Notes: generated by a model not told the origin, from the sequence alone. Counted from the stretch's first letter, positions 42,886-55,739 are shown. The stretch: DNA of 64,000 bases from Gammaproteobacteria bacterium (GCA_965238225.1 OZ250183.1:288001-352000), one strand, 5' to 3'. A program made the numbers and translations.

Positions 42886-44271
42886 TTATTGTTTTTTTCT
42901 GCGCCACCAGATAAATAAGCCAGCACCGAGGAAAATTAATGGCAAGACTAAAATAAAACCAAATCCAATAATCCATGATGCATAGTCAGGAAATTCAAGA
43001 TGTGCATCACTGATCGTTTTTGCCGGGATACTTATGAAACTATCATCATTGCTTAACCAGTTAATTAGGCGCACACCAAAATCAAGATTGCCGCTGTTAC
43101 CGACATAAGCATTAGAAAGAAAATCTCCATCACCAATAATAATAATTCTTTGTTGGGTGCTGGAAGAGGTTGTGTTTGATTCATTGTGTATTGTTCTTTC
43201 CAGAGTAATGCCAATATCCAATGAACCTGATGTATCGCTATCTTCATTAAATTCAACTTCGCCTTGAAGTGAACCAGTTTCTAACCAGGAATGTTCACTA
43301 CTTATTAATAGACTGGATTTATTCCATTTCTCAAGATGTTCTGCTTGCTCTTCTATCTGTATGGATGTTGTTGTTGGGAAAAAAGTTGTTAAGTTAAATG
43401 CTTTGGTGATGGCGTGTTCAGGGTACATATCTGGAGTGTTGATGAGGATGGTTGGATCTTCTATGTTCAAAAGGCTGCCAGAAGAATCAACCATCATGCC
43501 TGCGCGGATTTTTACATTCAATTGATCAGCCAATGATTCCAGCCCATGTAGACTGCTTGGATCAGCAAGCCAGAGAATATTGCCGCCACGTGATATATAT
43601 TCAACGATAAGCGTGATTTCTTCTGCAAAAATATCTACCGTAGGCGATGCGATGATTAATATTTTAGTGTTATTAGGGACGGCCTCGGCAGTAGCAAGAT
43701 TCAATGGTTGAATCTTGAAACCTCTCAAAACGAGTTGAGATGCCCACAGCTTGAGGTCGTGATTAGCCGTACCAAGAGGATTGCGCTCTCCATGCCCCTC
43801 AAGAAAAGCCAACCAATACTTAGAACCACGCACAAGGCGTTGAAGTGCATTGGTGAATTCTTCCTCAGCACCGGTTTTTACGTGCTCGGTGCGCCCTTGG
43901 TAATGAAGTAACAATTCGCCATTAACACTAATGCCAATATTGCGGATTTCATCAGGCACAACATCCGGGTTGATAAAGTGAAGATTAATATCTGTTTTGA
44001 ACCTTTGGTAACGCCCAACAATTTTTTTAATTGTTTGTCTTAGTGCAGCATCAGATCTGGCATATGCAGTTATTTCAACAGAGCCATCCATTTGATCCAG
44101 AACTTCTTGGCTTGCCTGTGACAAGGTATGGCGTCCACTTTGTGTCCAGTCCATTTGTGTTTGATAACGCACACTTAACCAAGCAAGCAATATAGTCAGG
44201 CAAACTATCAATAATGGTGTGATGAATCTGTTAAAATGAGATTGTAAGCGTAGTTTGGAAGTAATTTTCAT
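42886..44271 (-). CDS. GldG-like ABC transporter auxiliary component
   Basis: DWTQSGRHTLS, FLEGHGE, GDGDFLSN, NWL, C-terminal TM followed by WWRRKK. Confidence 0.85.
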   Translation of the reverse strand: MKITSKLRLQSHFNRFITPLLIVCLTILLAWLSVRYQTQMDWTQSGRHTLSQASQEVLDQMDGSVEITAYARSDAALRQTIKKIVGRYQRFKTDINLHFINPDVVPDEIRNIGISVNGELLLHYQGRTEHVKTGAEEEFTNALQRLVRGSKYWLAFLEGHGERNPLGTANHDLKLWASQLVLRGFKIQPLNLATAEAVPNNTKILIIASPTVDIFAEEITLIVEYISRGGNILWLADPSSLHGLESLADQLNVKIRAGMMVDSSGSLLNIEDPTILINTPDMYPEHAITKAFNLTTFFPTTTSIQIEEQAEHLEKWNKSSLLISSEHSWLETGSLQGEVEFNEDSDTSGSLDIGITLERTIHNESNTTSSSTQQRIIIIGDGDFLSNAYVGNSGNLDFGVRLINWLSNDDSFISIPAKTISDAHLEFPDYASWIIGFGFILVLPLIFLGAGLFIWWRRKKQ

Positions 44272-44274
44272 GAC

Positions 44275-45018
44275 TTAATACAGTCGTTCATTATCCAGTC
44301 GCCAGATACTGAGGATGATAAATGCGCTATTTACCAGTAGGTAATAAATAACATCTGTAGAATTAAAAATTCCGTCTAAGAGATTATGATAATGATTTAA
44401 CAATGATACATAGTTCAGTATCTCTCTAAATAATCCTGTGCTGGTATTGCCTGCCATATTCATAATCCATAGTACGAATAAAATAGCAAAGGTACTAATA
44501 GCTGCAATGGCAGGCTGGCTTGTCAAAGAAGACACAAACAAACCAATTGCTGCAAAAGAGCTCGTTAGCAATACCATGCCTATGAAAGCCGAGAGTAGTT
44601 GCAATAGATCAAGCTCAGTACCCATGAGCAGTGAAAGCGGCATCAAGGCAATCAAGCCTAGTAGTAAAAATAAATAGCTAAGCACCCCGATATATTTGCC
44701 CAAGACAAGCTCGGTAATGGATACAGGTGAGGAGAGTAATAATTTTATACTGCCTGTCTGACGTTCTTCACTAAAGGTATTCATGGTCACAAAAGGCGTA
44801 ATCAGCAGTAGGATGATGCCTGCAATTTGCATAAGCCCAACTACAACAATTTCAGTTACTCCATAATTAGAAAATAATGAAGCTGTAGCCAGATTGGTAA
44901 GAATCAAGAGGAAAAATATTGCCATAAGAAATTGTACGACTACGCAGATTATCCACGCCAGAGGTGATTTAAATAATCGTTTTAGATCATGTGTTGCTAT
45001 ATGGAAAATAATTTTCAT
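44275..45018 (-). CDS. ABC-2 permease, GldF-like
   Basis: LFKSPLAW, SEERQTGSIKLLLSSP, VLGKY. Confidence 0.88.
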   Translation of the reverse strand: MKIIFHIATHDLKRLFKSPLAWIICVVVQFLMAIFFLLILTNLATASLFSNYGVTEIVVVGLMQIAGIILLLITPFVTMNTFSEERQTGSIKLLLSSPVSITELVLGKYIGVLSYLFLLLGLIALMPLSLLMGTELDLLQLLSAFIGMVLLTSSFAAIGLFVSSLTSQPAIAAISTFAILFVLWIMNMAGNTSTGLFREILNYVSLLNHYHNLLDGIFNSTDVIYYLLVNSAFIILSIWRLDNERLY

Positions 45019-45992
45019 TCTGCATTTCCCATGGCGGTATCAAGATTTTCATTTGACGCAAGTTTATTTTCTCCACGGGTGAGCTGCACAAAGATTTCCT
45101 CAAGACAATTCTGTTCGGGAATCATTTCATAGAGTTCCCACTCGGATTCGACCGCTAATTTTGTTATTCGGTTTATTGTGTTAATGCCTGGTTCACAATA
45201 AAATTTGAAATGATGACTATCTATTTTCTCAATGTTGATGACACCTTCTATTTTGCCCAAAATCTCCATAGATGGTGGTTGTCGTAAGGAAATTTTTAGC
45301 AGTGTTCTTTGATTATCTTGTTGTAGTTTTTCCAAAGATTCATTCAGTACAATCTTGCCTTGGTTAATAATTAGAATACGATCGCAGACGCTTTGTGCTT
45401 CAGTAAGTATATGCGTAGATAAAATTACGCTGTGATCATTGCCCAATTCGCTGATGAGTTCTCTGATTTCCAGAATCTGATTTGGATCCAGTCCTGAAGT
45501 TGGTTCATCAAGAATCACAATTGCAGGGGAATGAATAATTGCCTGAGCAATGCCGACACGTTGTTTGAAGCCCTTTGACAAGTTTTTAATAAGACGTTTG
45601 CCAGTTTCTTCTAGGCCACAGCGTTGCTTGCTTTGTACGACCGCTTTTTTTAATTCAGTTTTCCTAATGCCACGTAAACGTGCTGCGTAGTATAGGTATT
45701 CATCTACGTTTAAATCTTGATATAAAGGGGGTTGTTCAGGAAGAAAGCCGATGTGTCGTTTAGAAGCCTTAGGTGAATCAAATATATCATGGCCTGCAAC
45801 GGTAATTTTTCCTGCACTGGCGGATAAAATACCACATATAATTTGCATGGTTGTGCTTTTACCTGCGCCATTTGGGCCTAAAAGACCAAGCACCTCGCCT
45901 TGATGCACGGCAAAGCTAATATCGTTAATTGCACAATTATCACCGTAATAGCGGGAAATGTGCTCGGCGGAGATGAGAATTTCCTTGTCCAT
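45015..45992 (-). CDS. ABC transporter ATP-binding protein, GldA-like
   Basis: GPNGAGKST, LSKGFKQRVG, LDEPTSGLDP; start codon uncertain. Confidence 0.9.
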   Translation of the reverse strand: MDKEILISAEHISRYYGDNCAINDISFAVHQGEVLGLLGPNGAGKSTTMQIICGILSASAGKITVAGHDIFDSPKASKRHIGFLPEQPPLYQDLNVDEYLYYAARLRGIRKTELKKAVVQSKQRCGLEETGKRLIKNLSKGFKQRVGIAQAIIHSPAIVILDEPTSGLDPNQILEIRELISELGNDHSVILSTHILTEAQSVCDRILIINQGKIVLNESLEKLQQDNQRTLLKISLRQPPSMEILGKIEGVINIEKIDSHHFKFYCEPGINTINRITKLAVESEWELYEMIPEQNCLEEIFVQLTRGENKLASNENLDTAMGNAE

Positions 45993-46071
45993 TACGAAGT
46001 TCATTGAGAGGATATTATTCAAACCAACAGAGGTGTTGCAAGATAAAATAGAACAAAACAAGTTTACTGGC

Positions 46072-46100
46072 AACAAAAACCTACCGTAAGCGGGTTTTTG
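46072..46100 (-). terminator. Rho-independent terminator of rpmB-rpmG
   Basis: On the minus strand, CAAAAACCCGCTTACGGTAGGTTTTTGT forms a hairpin with a T-run, about 20 bp after the rpmG stop. Confidence 0.6.
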
Positions 46101-46121
46101 ATTTGATATAGCTAAAAGACG

Positions 46122-46277
46122 CTATCTTATTTTAGCTTCTTTATACATTACATGCCTTCTCACAACAGGATCAAATTTTTTGATTTCCATTTTCTCTGGC
46201 ATGGTACGTTTGTTCTTACAGGTTGTGTAATAGTGCCCAGTGCCAGCTGAAGAAACGAGTTTTATTTTGTCAGCCAT
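46122..46277 (-). CDS. rpmG: 50S ribosomal protein L33 (absent from the ORF track)
   Basis: Manual translation: [51 protein letters not shown]. Confidence 0.96.
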   Translation of the reverse strand: MADKIKLVSSAGTGHYYTTCKNKRTMPEKMEIKKFDPVVRRHVMYKEAKIR

Positions 46278-46323
46278 AATATATTTTCTTTAGTATATTT
46301 TCTTTAGCGCATTTTCTCTGGGT

Positions 46324-46569
46324 TTACGTTTCTATGCCTTTTTTGCCGCATGCGCGGATTTCTTTTAAAACAGTCTCAATACCTTTTTTGTCGATAATAC
46401 GTAAACCTTTACTGCTGACGCGCAATTTAATCCAACGATTCTCATTTTCTAACCAAAAACGATGGCTGTGTAAATTTGGCAAGAAACGCCGCCGCGTTCT
46501 GTTGTTGGCGTGGGAGACATTGTTCCCTGACATCGGGCGTTTACCCGTTACTTGGCATACTCGTGACAT
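46324..46569 (-). CDS. rpmB: 50S ribosomal protein L28
   Basis: [26 protein letters not shown]. Confidence 0.97.
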   Translation of the reverse strand: MSRVCQVTGKRPMSGNNVSHANNRTRRRFLPNLHSHRFWLENENRWIKLRVSSKGLRIIDKKGIETVLKEIRACGKKGIET

Positions 46570-46789
46570 TTAATTCTAAATCTTTAATCTGTTAGGTAAG
46601 GGGTGCGGATTGTACATGGGTTGAGTCGCTTCTCCAAGTATTTCGAGGTTTTTATGAAGACGTTTATCTTGCCGCCCCAGTACGCGAGATTATGTAAGCG
46701 AGATTATGCAATTTTGTCCTATCTTGAAAAAGAGCAGATTATAAGGAATATCTGGCTTAAAATTAATCAAGGAATTAGGCATTGTTCAA

Positions 46790-46966
46790 AAATTATTATT
46801 AATGGAAATGGTATGTTTGTAAAATTTAAGAGAAACTTGGTTTGATGACTATTTGCCAATCTTTAAAAAGATTGGCAACTTGAAGGAATTTGTCGAATAT
46901 TGAAAAAGGGACATTTCGAAGATAGCCTCCAAGAACAACCGCGCGCCCAAGAAGGTGAAAAATTGA
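46790..46966 (+). pseudogene. 3' remnant of an EcoRV-family restriction endonuclease
   Basis: IIINGNGMFVK, frameshift, then [26 protein letters not shown]; its TGA overlaps the methylase TTG start (TTGA). Based on recalled resemblance to the R.EcoRV C-terminus. Confidence 0.55.
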
Positions 46967-47871
46967 AAGTAAAAGTACCCCCGATTAAATCGCAAGGGAT
47001 CAAGACAAAACTTGTACCTTGGATACACACCATTGTCCCCAAAAAATTTGAAGGTCGCTGGATAGAGCCTTTCATGGGCACGGGCGTTGTGGGTTTTAAT
47101 ATTGCCCCGAAACATGCGATGATGTGCGATACCAATCCACATTTGATCGACTTCTACAATACGATTAAAAGTGGTGAAATAACACCAGAAGTTGTAAGAA
47201 AATTCTTAAATGATGAAGGTGCGCTATTACTTGAAAGGGGTGACGAACACTATTACGCCATTCGCGAAAGGTTCAATGAGAAGCATCAACCACTGGACTT
47301 TTTATTCGTCAATCGGTCAGGGTTTAACGGTATGATCCGCTTCAATAAAAAAGGCGGATTTAATATACCGTTTTGCAGAAAGCCAAATAGGTTCGCACAA
47401 GCCTATGTTACCAAGATTGTGAATCAGGTTGATTATGTTTCACAGTTGTTGAAAGCAAAGGATTTTGCATTCAAATGCCAACCTTTTTCAAAAACTATAA
47501 AGCAAGCAAGGCTCGATGACATCATATATTGTGACCCACCTTATATAGGCAGACATGTAGACTACTTTAACGGATGGGATGAAACACAAGAAAATAATCT
47601 TTTTAATATCTTGTCACAATCAAGAAGTAAATTCATTTTGTCAACATGGCATCATAATGATTTTCGTGAAAACGAATATATTGATTCCTTATGGAACAAT
47701 TTTAATATACTAACAAGAGAACATTTTTATCACGTAGGTGGTAGTGAAAAAAATAGAAATCCTATGATTGAGGCCATAATTACAAACTACGATACAAGAT
47801 TTTTTCAGAATCAAAAAAAAGAAATACATGATCAGTCAATGCTGCTAGAGCAGAAAATGGTAACTACATAG
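46963..47871 (+). CDS. Dam-family (D12) N6-adenine methyltransferase, M.EcoRV-like
   Basis: [52 protein letters not shown] match M.EcoRV as recalled. Likely TTG start at 46963 after GAAGGTG. Confidence 0.88.
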   Translation: MKVKVPPIKSQGIKTKLVPWIHTIVPKKFEGRWIEPFMGTGVVGFNIAPKHAMMCDTNPHLIDFYNTIKSGEITPEVVRKFLNDEGALLLERGDEHYYAIRERFNEKHQPLDFLFVNRSGFNGMIRFNKKGGFNIPFCRKPNRFAQAYVTKIVNQVDYVSQLLKAKDFAFKCQPFSKTIKQARLDDIIYCDPPYIGRHVDYFNGWDETQENNLFNILSQSRSKFILSTWHHNDFRENEYIDSLWNNFNILTREHFYHVGGSEKNRNPMIEAIITNYDTRFFQNQKKEIHDQSMLLEQKMVTT

Positions 47872-47984
47872 CAATGAGAGAATTATTAAAATAAAAGGAT
47901 TTAGTAAATGTATGTTTGTAGGTTTAAGCATATAGGTCTTCAAAAATTTTATACTTTAGAATTTAAGTAAAATTAATGGTGTTA

Positions 47985-49229
47985 ATGAATAACTTAACAA
48001 ACAAAAAAATACTTCTGGGTGTGACTGGCGGGATTGCCGCATACAAGAGCGCAGAATTGGTGAGGCGCTTACAAGAGCAAGGTGCGGATGTGCGTGTGGT
48101 AATGACGCGAAGCGCTTGTGAATTCATCACACCACTTACGATGCAGGCTTTGTCAGGTCACAAGGTGCATATAGAATTACTGGAGCATGTAGTTGAATCT
48201 GGTATGAGCCATATTGAATTGGCACGCTGGAGTGACATAGTCCTAGTTGCGCCAGCAAGCGCCAATTTTATTGCACGTTTGGCACACGGATTGGCAGATG
48301 ATCTATTAAGTACAGTGTGCTTGGCGACTGAAGCGCAAGTAGTTATTGCGCCTGCTATGAATAAACAAATGTGGACAAACGTCGCCACACAGGAAAATAT
48401 TGCGATACTAGGTCAGCGAGAACTAAAAATAGTCGGCCCATCTGTAGGCAGTCAGGCATGCGGGGAGACTGGACTGGGCAGGATGCTGGAACCAGAACAA
48501 TTAATATCAGAAATAAGTCAGCTATTTTCTGTGGGCTCGCTCGCCCATCTGAAAATAGTGGTGACGGCAGGCCCAACCCATGAAGCCATTGACCCGGTTC
48601 GCTACATTACCAATTATAGTTCGGGGCGAATGGGCTATGCGGTTGCCAAGGCAGCAGCTGAAGCTGGAGCCAGTGTGACCTTGATTTCCGGGCCAGTGAC
48701 CATTGCGCCACCATGCGAGGTTCACTGTATCAGTGTAGAGACTGCACTACAGATGCGTGATGCCACCATGTCAAATATTATTGAATCTAATATTTTTGTC
48801 GCTGCAGCTGCGGTGGCGGATTATAGCTGCGTTTATATTGCTAGGCAAAAAATTAAAAAGAAATCAGACGATTACAGTCTGTTACTACAAAAGAGTCCTG
48901 ACATTTTGGCGGAAGTTGCCAGTTTGCCACAGCCACCATTCACAGTTGGTTTTGCCGCTGAGACTGAAAACTTGTTAGACAATGCCAAAACCAAGCTGCA
49001 AAACAAGAAACTGGATATGATTGCAGCAAATCAGGTGGGTGAAGGGCTTGGGTTTAATGCGGAAGAAAATGAACTGCATATATTTTGGCGTAGCGGAGGC
49101 GAAAGACAGGGACATCAAACCATAAAACAGCAGATACTGGAACGGATGCCAAAAGAAAAACTTGCACGTCAACTAATAAAGGTAATTGCAAATCACTACC
49201 ATGAAAAAAATTCAATTCAAATGCATTGA
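47985..49229 (+). CDS. coaBC: Phosphopantothenoylcysteine decarboxylase/ligase
   Basis: [49 protein letters not shown]. Confidence 0.96.
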   Translation: MNNLTNKKILLGVTGGIAAYKSAELVRRLQEQGADVRVVMTRSACEFITPLTMQALSGHKVHIELLEHVVESGMSHIELARWSDIVLVAPASANFIARLAHGLADDLLSTVCLATEAQVVIAPAMNKQMWTNVATQENIAILGQRELKIVGPSVGSQACGETGLGRMLEPEQLISEISQLFSVGSLAHLKIVVTAGPTHEAIDPVRYITNYSSGRMGYAVAKAAAEAGASVTLISGPVTIAPPCEVHCISVETALQMRDATMSNIIESNIFVAAAAVADYSCVYIARQKIKKKSDDYSLLLQKSPDILAEVASLPQPPFTVGFAAETENLLDNAKTKLQNKKLDMIAANQVGEGLGFNAEENELHIFWRSGGERQGHQTIKQQILERMPKEKLARQLIKVIANHYHEKNSIQMH

Positions 49230-49653
49230 TAAAAGACTTGGCAATGAATTTCCGATGCCCAATTATGCAACTCTAGGTTCAGCAGGGATAGATATTAGTG
49301 CCTGCCTTCTTGAGCCGCTTTTGCTCAACCCTGGAGAAACCTCTTTGATACCCACTGGTTTTGCTATCCATATTGGAGATGCTGGCCTCGCTGCTGTACT
49401 TTTGCCTCGTTCCGGACTTGGTCATAAAAAAGGCATTGTTTTAGGCAATTTGGTTGGTTTGATTGATTCAGATTATCAAGGCGAGGTATGTATTTCCTGT
49501 TGGAATCGTGGACATGAATCCTTCACAATAAATCCAGGAGATAGGATTGCGCAAATGGTTTTTATGCCAGTAGTTCAAGCAGTATTTGACATTGTTGATG
49601 AATTTGATAAAAGCCATCGTGGTGAAGGTGGTTTTGGTCATACAGGTGTTTAA
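49201..49653 (+). CDS. dut: dUTP diphosphatase
   Basis: [31 protein letters not shown]. Confidence 0.97.
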   Translation: MKKIQFKCIDKRLGNEFPMPNYATLGSAGIDISACLLEPLLLNPGETSLIPTGFAIHIGDAGLAAVLLPRSGLGHKKGIVLGNLVGLIDSDYQGEVCISCWNRGHESFTINPGDRIAQMVFMPVVQAVFDIVDEFDKSHRGEGGFGHTGV

Positions 49654-49751
49654 GTGTAATTCTGTATTGGTTCAAGCAATAGAGTTAGCCGACGTATAAA
49701 TATAAGATGTAGTTAGAAATTTAGGGTTTATTGGGATAGTAAGTAGTAGCT

Positions 49752-50202
49752 GTGGGCTCAGTAACAGGCAGGAAATATAAGCAGGAAACGATACGTACTA
49801 TCGTAATGATCGGAGCCATTTTGTTGTTGATGACAGTATTTGCAAGTGTGTTTGCTATAGAGAATAGTTTTGAAAAAACGGAAAAGAAAACACAAAATAG
49901 CCCACAAGAAATTTCATCAAATGCAGTTGTGGTCGTGACGAAACTCAGTCGAGTCGGTAGAAGATAGTTACAAGCTCGCCCCTAGACAGATGATGATTCC
50001 ATTAAGAGGTAATAATTACCCTAGGCTTTCCAAGGAAATGTTTAAAAATGATCCTGATTTTATTGTTGCCCTCAGGGTTATTTTTTATCGACGAAAATTA
50101 CCTAATTCAGAATCTCAGGATACATCCGAAAAAGAGCTTGGGTCTGATGCCGCTTTTAAGGATACTGTGGATATGAAGAATAGTCATGGTTCGAAGATTT
50201 GA
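49752..50202 (+). pseudogene. Probable fragmented N-terminal membrane/periplasmic extension of AlgC
   Basis: Two short same-strand ORFs (the first has a TM segment) fill the dut-algC gap, where long-form AlgC proteins carry a TM/periplasmic extension. Inferred mainly from position. Confidence 0.35.
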
Positions 50203-51722
50203 TTACAGATGCATCACAAGATGACGTGTCCTTAGACAATATAAACAGTGAAATGTCATCTACAGGATCGCCACCTGATAAAAACCCTGTGCAGCAGGAA
50301 AGCTCGGAATTCATTTCCCTAGAGTCAGCATCACTTAGCGACCTTGAAATCTCGTCAGAAATATTTCGTGCCTACGATATTCGCGGTGTCGTTGGCGAAA
50401 CTTTGTCTGTGTCCGTTGTCCGTGAAATCGGGCGTGCAATAGGCAGTGAAACTTGTGAACGCGGGCAGCAGAGTATCGTCGTTGCGCGCGATGGACGAAT
50501 AAGTAGCCCTGAGTTATGTGGCGCCTTAATTGAAGGATTGCGTGCATCAGGACGAGATGTCATCGATATTGGCGTGGTACCAACTCCGGTGTTGTATTTT
50601 GCGACACATCATCTAGCAACTAGGAGTGGAGTGATGCTTACAGGGAGTCATAATGATCCTGAATATAATGGTTTAAAGGTAGTGCTTGATGGTGAGGCTT
50701 TGTCGGGCGCTGCTATTACAGAAATTTATGATCGGATTGTGAATAATAAACTGTCTGAAGGTCAAGGTAGTTTGCAGGCAGACGATATCAGGGATCATTA
50801 TTTAAAAAGAATTACAGATGATATTCCTACTGCCACAAATGGCATATTCAAGATTGTCGTGGACTGTGGTAACGGTGTCGCCGGTCATTTGGCACCTAAA
50901 CTTTACAGAGCCATGGGTCATGATGTCATAGAATTATATTGTGACATTGACGGTAGTTTCCCAAATCATCAGCCTGATCTTAGCCAGCCAGAGAATTTGC
51001 AGTCGTTGATAGAGACAGTCAAAAAGGAAAATGCAGATCTAGGTTTTGCGTTTGATGGTGATGGTGACCGCTTGGGTATCGTTGATGGTGATGGAAATAT
51101 TATCTGGCCGGATAGGCAGATGATGTTATTTGCAAAGGATGTTTTGTCTAGGAATCATAAGGCAATAATAATATTTGATGTTAAATGTAGCCGTCATCTG
51201 CGGGCAATCATTGAGACCAGTGGCGGAACACCATTGATGTGGAAATCAGGACATTCTCTGATCAAGTCGAAAATGAAAGAAGTCGATGCATTGTTGGCTG
51301 GTGAAATGAGCGGACATATATTTTTCAAGGATCGCTGGTTTGGTTTTGATGATGCAATGTATGCAGGTGCCAGAACTTTGGAAATATTAGCAAACAGCAA
51401 AGATACTCCTGCCAAAATCTTTGCTGCATTGCCAGGCGGTATATCGACGCATGAACTTCGCATCCCTCTAGCAGAAAAACATCATGAAAAAATAATGCGG
51501 ATTATGAAAGATAAAATGGTATTTGAAGGTGCGGAGGTAACAGACATTGATGGACTGCGTGTCGATTTTTCAGATGGCTGGGGTTTGGTCAGGCCATCAA
51601 ATACAAGCCCATATTTAGTCGCCAGATTTGAGGCGGAAAGCAAAGAGACTCTGGAAAGGATACAGGCAGAGTTTCGTGATTTATTACAATCGGTTTCAGC
51701 AGACTTAAAGCTGCCGTTTTGA
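50199..51722 (+). CDS. algC: Phosphomannomutase/phosphoglucomutase
   Basis: IFRAYDIRG, TGSHN, DGDGDR, GEMSGH, RPSNT; start uncertain. Confidence 0.93.
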   Translation: MITDASQDDVSLDNINSEMSSTGSPPDKNPVQQESSEFISLESASLSDLEISSEIFRAYDIRGVVGETLSVSVVREIGRAIGSETCERGQQSIVVARDGRISSPELCGALIEGLRASGRDVIDIGVVPTPVLYFATHHLATRSGVMLTGSHNDPEYNGLKVVLDGEALSGAAITEIYDRIVNNKLSEGQGSLQADDIRDHYLKRITDDIPTATNGIFKIVVDCGNGVAGHLAPKLYRAMGHDVIELYCDIDGSFPNHQPDLSQPENLQSLIETVKKENADLGFAFDGDGDRLGIVDGDGNIIWPDRQMMLFAKDVLSRNHKAIIIFDVKCSRHLRAIIETSGGTPLMWKSGHSLIKSKMKEVDALLAGEMSGHIFFKDRWFGFDDAMYAGARTLEILANSKDTPAKIFAALPGGISTHELRIPLAEKHHEKIMRIMKDKMVFEGAEVTDIDGLRVDFSDGWGLVRPSNTSPYLVARFEAESKETLERIQAEFRDLLQSVSADLKLPF

Positions 51723-51767
51723 TAAGCTATCTTGGCAGTGGCTAAGTATTAAAAATACAAAAGTTAA

Positions 51768-53305
<1,538 letters not shown>

Positions 53306-53322
53306 TTTCTCTCTGACAGTTA

Positions 53323-53952
53323 TCATTTATTTTTTTGCAGTTTCTCGAAGCGTTCGATCTTTTCTGCATATTCTTTCTTTATCTCTTCTTGTTTCAGGCG
53401 TTTTTCTGCAATAAATTTATTATTATTTTTGATCTGTTTTTTTAATTTAACTATGTTATCGATCAAGTTTTTTTTTGCTTCTTCGTCCGCAGATTTTGCA
53501 GCAGCCATATATTTATCTAGGTTAATCTGGATTTTTTTATTGCGCATACTCACCAATGCGATCTCAGAATTAATCACAACAATTTTTCCGTCACCTGCCA
53601 TCTGAATATCATCTACATTGCTGTAGGTATCCAAGAGGATTTCATTTTTAATGGCTTCTTTTGCCTTTTTGGCAGCTTCTTCTGCCTTTTTAGCGGTCAC
53701 CCGCTCTTGTTCTAGTATTTCTTCTTTGGTTAGTGCCCTTTCTTCTCTTCCTACTGTAATCCCTTGACTGTTGATTTTTTCATAACCTTGTTGTGAATAC
53801 TCAGGAGGGACATTTTCACCGCATTCTCTGATGCCATCGTTATTTCTCCAGCATTTAATCCGTGCTTGGGCGGAGGTAGATATTATGACCAGACTCGTGC
53901 ATATCAGAGTCATGGTGATTGCGGTCAATAAAGATCGTTTTGAAATAGTCAT
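53323..53952 (-). CDS. Exported coiled-coil protein (DUF4124-like N-terminus)
   Basis: Signal peptide, IKCW..DG..ECG..VPPEY, LLDTYS, coiled coil. Confidence 0.65.
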   Translation of the reverse strand: MTISKRSLLTAITMTLICTSLVIISTSAQARIKCWRNNDGIRECGENVPPEYSQQGYEKINSQGITVGREERALTKEEILEQERVTAKKAEEAAKKAKEAIKNEILLDTYSNVDDIQMAGDGKIVVINSEIALVSMRNKKIQINLDKYMAAAKSADEEAKKNLIDNIVKLKKQIKNNNKFIAEKRLKQEEIKKEYAEKIERFEKLQKNK

Positions 53953-54463
53953 ATCTGTACCTGCATTTTATCTCATAATGTAACTAATTTTTCTATTAGT
54001 TATAAATGTAAGACATAAGATTACAGTGTCTTAACTTAATAATTCTCTTTGGGTATTTTAGTATAGCACCTTGTTATTATATATAGAAATTTACCTATCT
54101 TTAAAACAAAGTATAGAGCATATTATCCAGAAAGATTATGCCCAAAATCTATATCTGCATCCATGCCTCGAAAGTTCAACGGGCATCTCTGCCGCCATAT
54201 CGGCACAGACCATACATTATCGCGTTTTTTTGCATACCTATAACACTGACATTAACTTGCCGCTGAGATTTTTCTTTAAAGGTATAATCGGATTTTGACA
54301 TACAGTCTTCTAATTTGACACTTTAATAAAGTTATTTGTGGAATAAGCCGTTTGTGATGTCGCATAGTTCGCGGTATCTTGTCAAGATTTTTAGACATAC
54401 TCAGTATTTTTCTAGATATTCGGTTATTGGCTGTGAACCTGAAAATAAATAAAGGTTTGATGA

Positions 54464-55231
54464 ATGAGAATAATGACATTAAATGCCAACGGTATTCGTG
54501 CGGCACATAGGAAAGGATTTTTTGAGTGGATGTTAAGACAGGATGTTGATGTAGTTTGCATACAAGAAACCAAGGCACAGACGCATCAATTATCAGAAGA
54601 GATATTATTGCCTAATGGGTATGTCGGATTTTTCAGTGATGCTGAAAAAAAAGGCTATAGTGGCGTGGCTATTTATAGCAGGCATAAGCCTGATGAGATA
54701 AAGACAACATTAGGTTGGCATCATGCAGATGCGGAAGGCAGGTACATTCAAGCTGACTTTGGGAATTTGAGCATTATCTCTCTTTATTTACCTTCTGGAT
54801 CTTCTAGCGCGGAAAGGCAAATTATTAAATTTGACTTCATGGAGAGACTTATGCCTGTTTTGGAAAAGTATAATAAACAGAGCAGAGATTACATTATCTG
54901 CGGTGATTGGAATATCGCCCATAAGGAAATTGATTTAAAAAACTGGAAAGGCAATAAGAAAAACTCTGGATTCCTACCTGAGGAACGCGCATGGATGGAC
55001 ACACTGTTTTATGTTGTCGGGATGGCGGATGCGTTTCGTGAGGTCAATCAGGAGGAAAATCAATATACATGGTGGTCAAACAGAGGGCAGGCATGGGCTA
55101 AGAATGTGGGTTGGCGCATTGATTATCAGATAGTTTCCTCCAGCCTGACCGAAAAGATCGCATCTGCTGAAATATTTAAAGAAAACCGTTTTTCAGATCA
55201 TGCACCACTTACCATGGTGTATGATATTTAA
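54464..55231 (+). CDS. xth: Exodeoxyribonuclease III
   Basis: NANGIRA, QETK, GYSGVA, GDWNIAH, GWRIDY, SDHAP. Confidence 0.95.
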   Translation: MRIMTLNANGIRAAHRKGFFEWMLRQDVDVVCIQETKAQTHQLSEEILLPNGYVGFFSDAEKKGYSGVAIYSRHKPDEIKTTLGWHHADAEGRYIQADFGNLSIISLYLPSGSSSAERQIIKFDFMERLMPVLEKYNKQSRDYIICGDWNIAHKEIDLKNWKGNKKNSGFLPEERAWMDTLFYVVGMADAFREVNQEENQYTWWSNRGQAWAKNVGWRIDYQIVSSSLTEKIASAEIFKENRFSDHAPLTMVYDI

Positions 55232-55286
55232 GCCAATGCGGGATTAATATTTCGGGGAAAACAGCTGTAGTTATCCAAGACCATGG

Positions 55287-55739
55287 CTATTCAGTATGAA
55301 ACTGTTCCTGAAACGAAAGCTTGTAAGGTATTTTATTTCCTTCTGGGGTGATTTCGAGCTTGTATTTTAGTATCTCAGCATTATCTACGAGTGTATCGGT
55401 AATATAATATATGGCACCCTTTTCTGAAATCTCACGAAAGCTTAACTCTCTAAGCTGCTGACTCAAATTTGTTGTTGTGCCTTTAATGGTTGCTCTCATT
55501 GGTGTATTTGAGCCATCTGCTGTTTTCTTGAGTATAGATACATTTAATAATGCGCGTTTTTTGCTACGTGGAATATTATATTGCCTAGCTATGGCAGCAG
55601 TTAAGCTGTCCGTTGTAAAGGCACTATAATGTATAGTGTAATCACCAAATACCTGTGCTTGTTCAGCCTGTGCCACTAGGGCAACAGCCAGTAAAAACAA
55701 ACCTATAAAGATGAATTTGCTTGTTGCTTTGATTGCCAA
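55287..55739 (-). CDS. Exported DUF4426 domain protein
   Basis: Signal peptide; FGDYTIHYSAF, YNIPRS, LLNVSI, FREI.E.GAIYYI. Confidence 0.8.
   Translation of the reverse strand: MAIKATSKFIFIGLFLLAVALVAQAEQAQVFGDYTIHYSAFTTDSLTAAIARQYNIPRSKKRALLNVSILKKTADGSNTPMRATIKGTTTNLSQQLRELSFREISEKGAIYYITDTLVDNAEILKYKLEITPEGNKIPYKLSFQEQFHTE

Noticed and set aside
46603-46790. radC remnant or independent 80-aa gene
   Set aside because: No RadC motifs (HNHPSG) seen; only the end of this ORF resembles the endonuclease relic.
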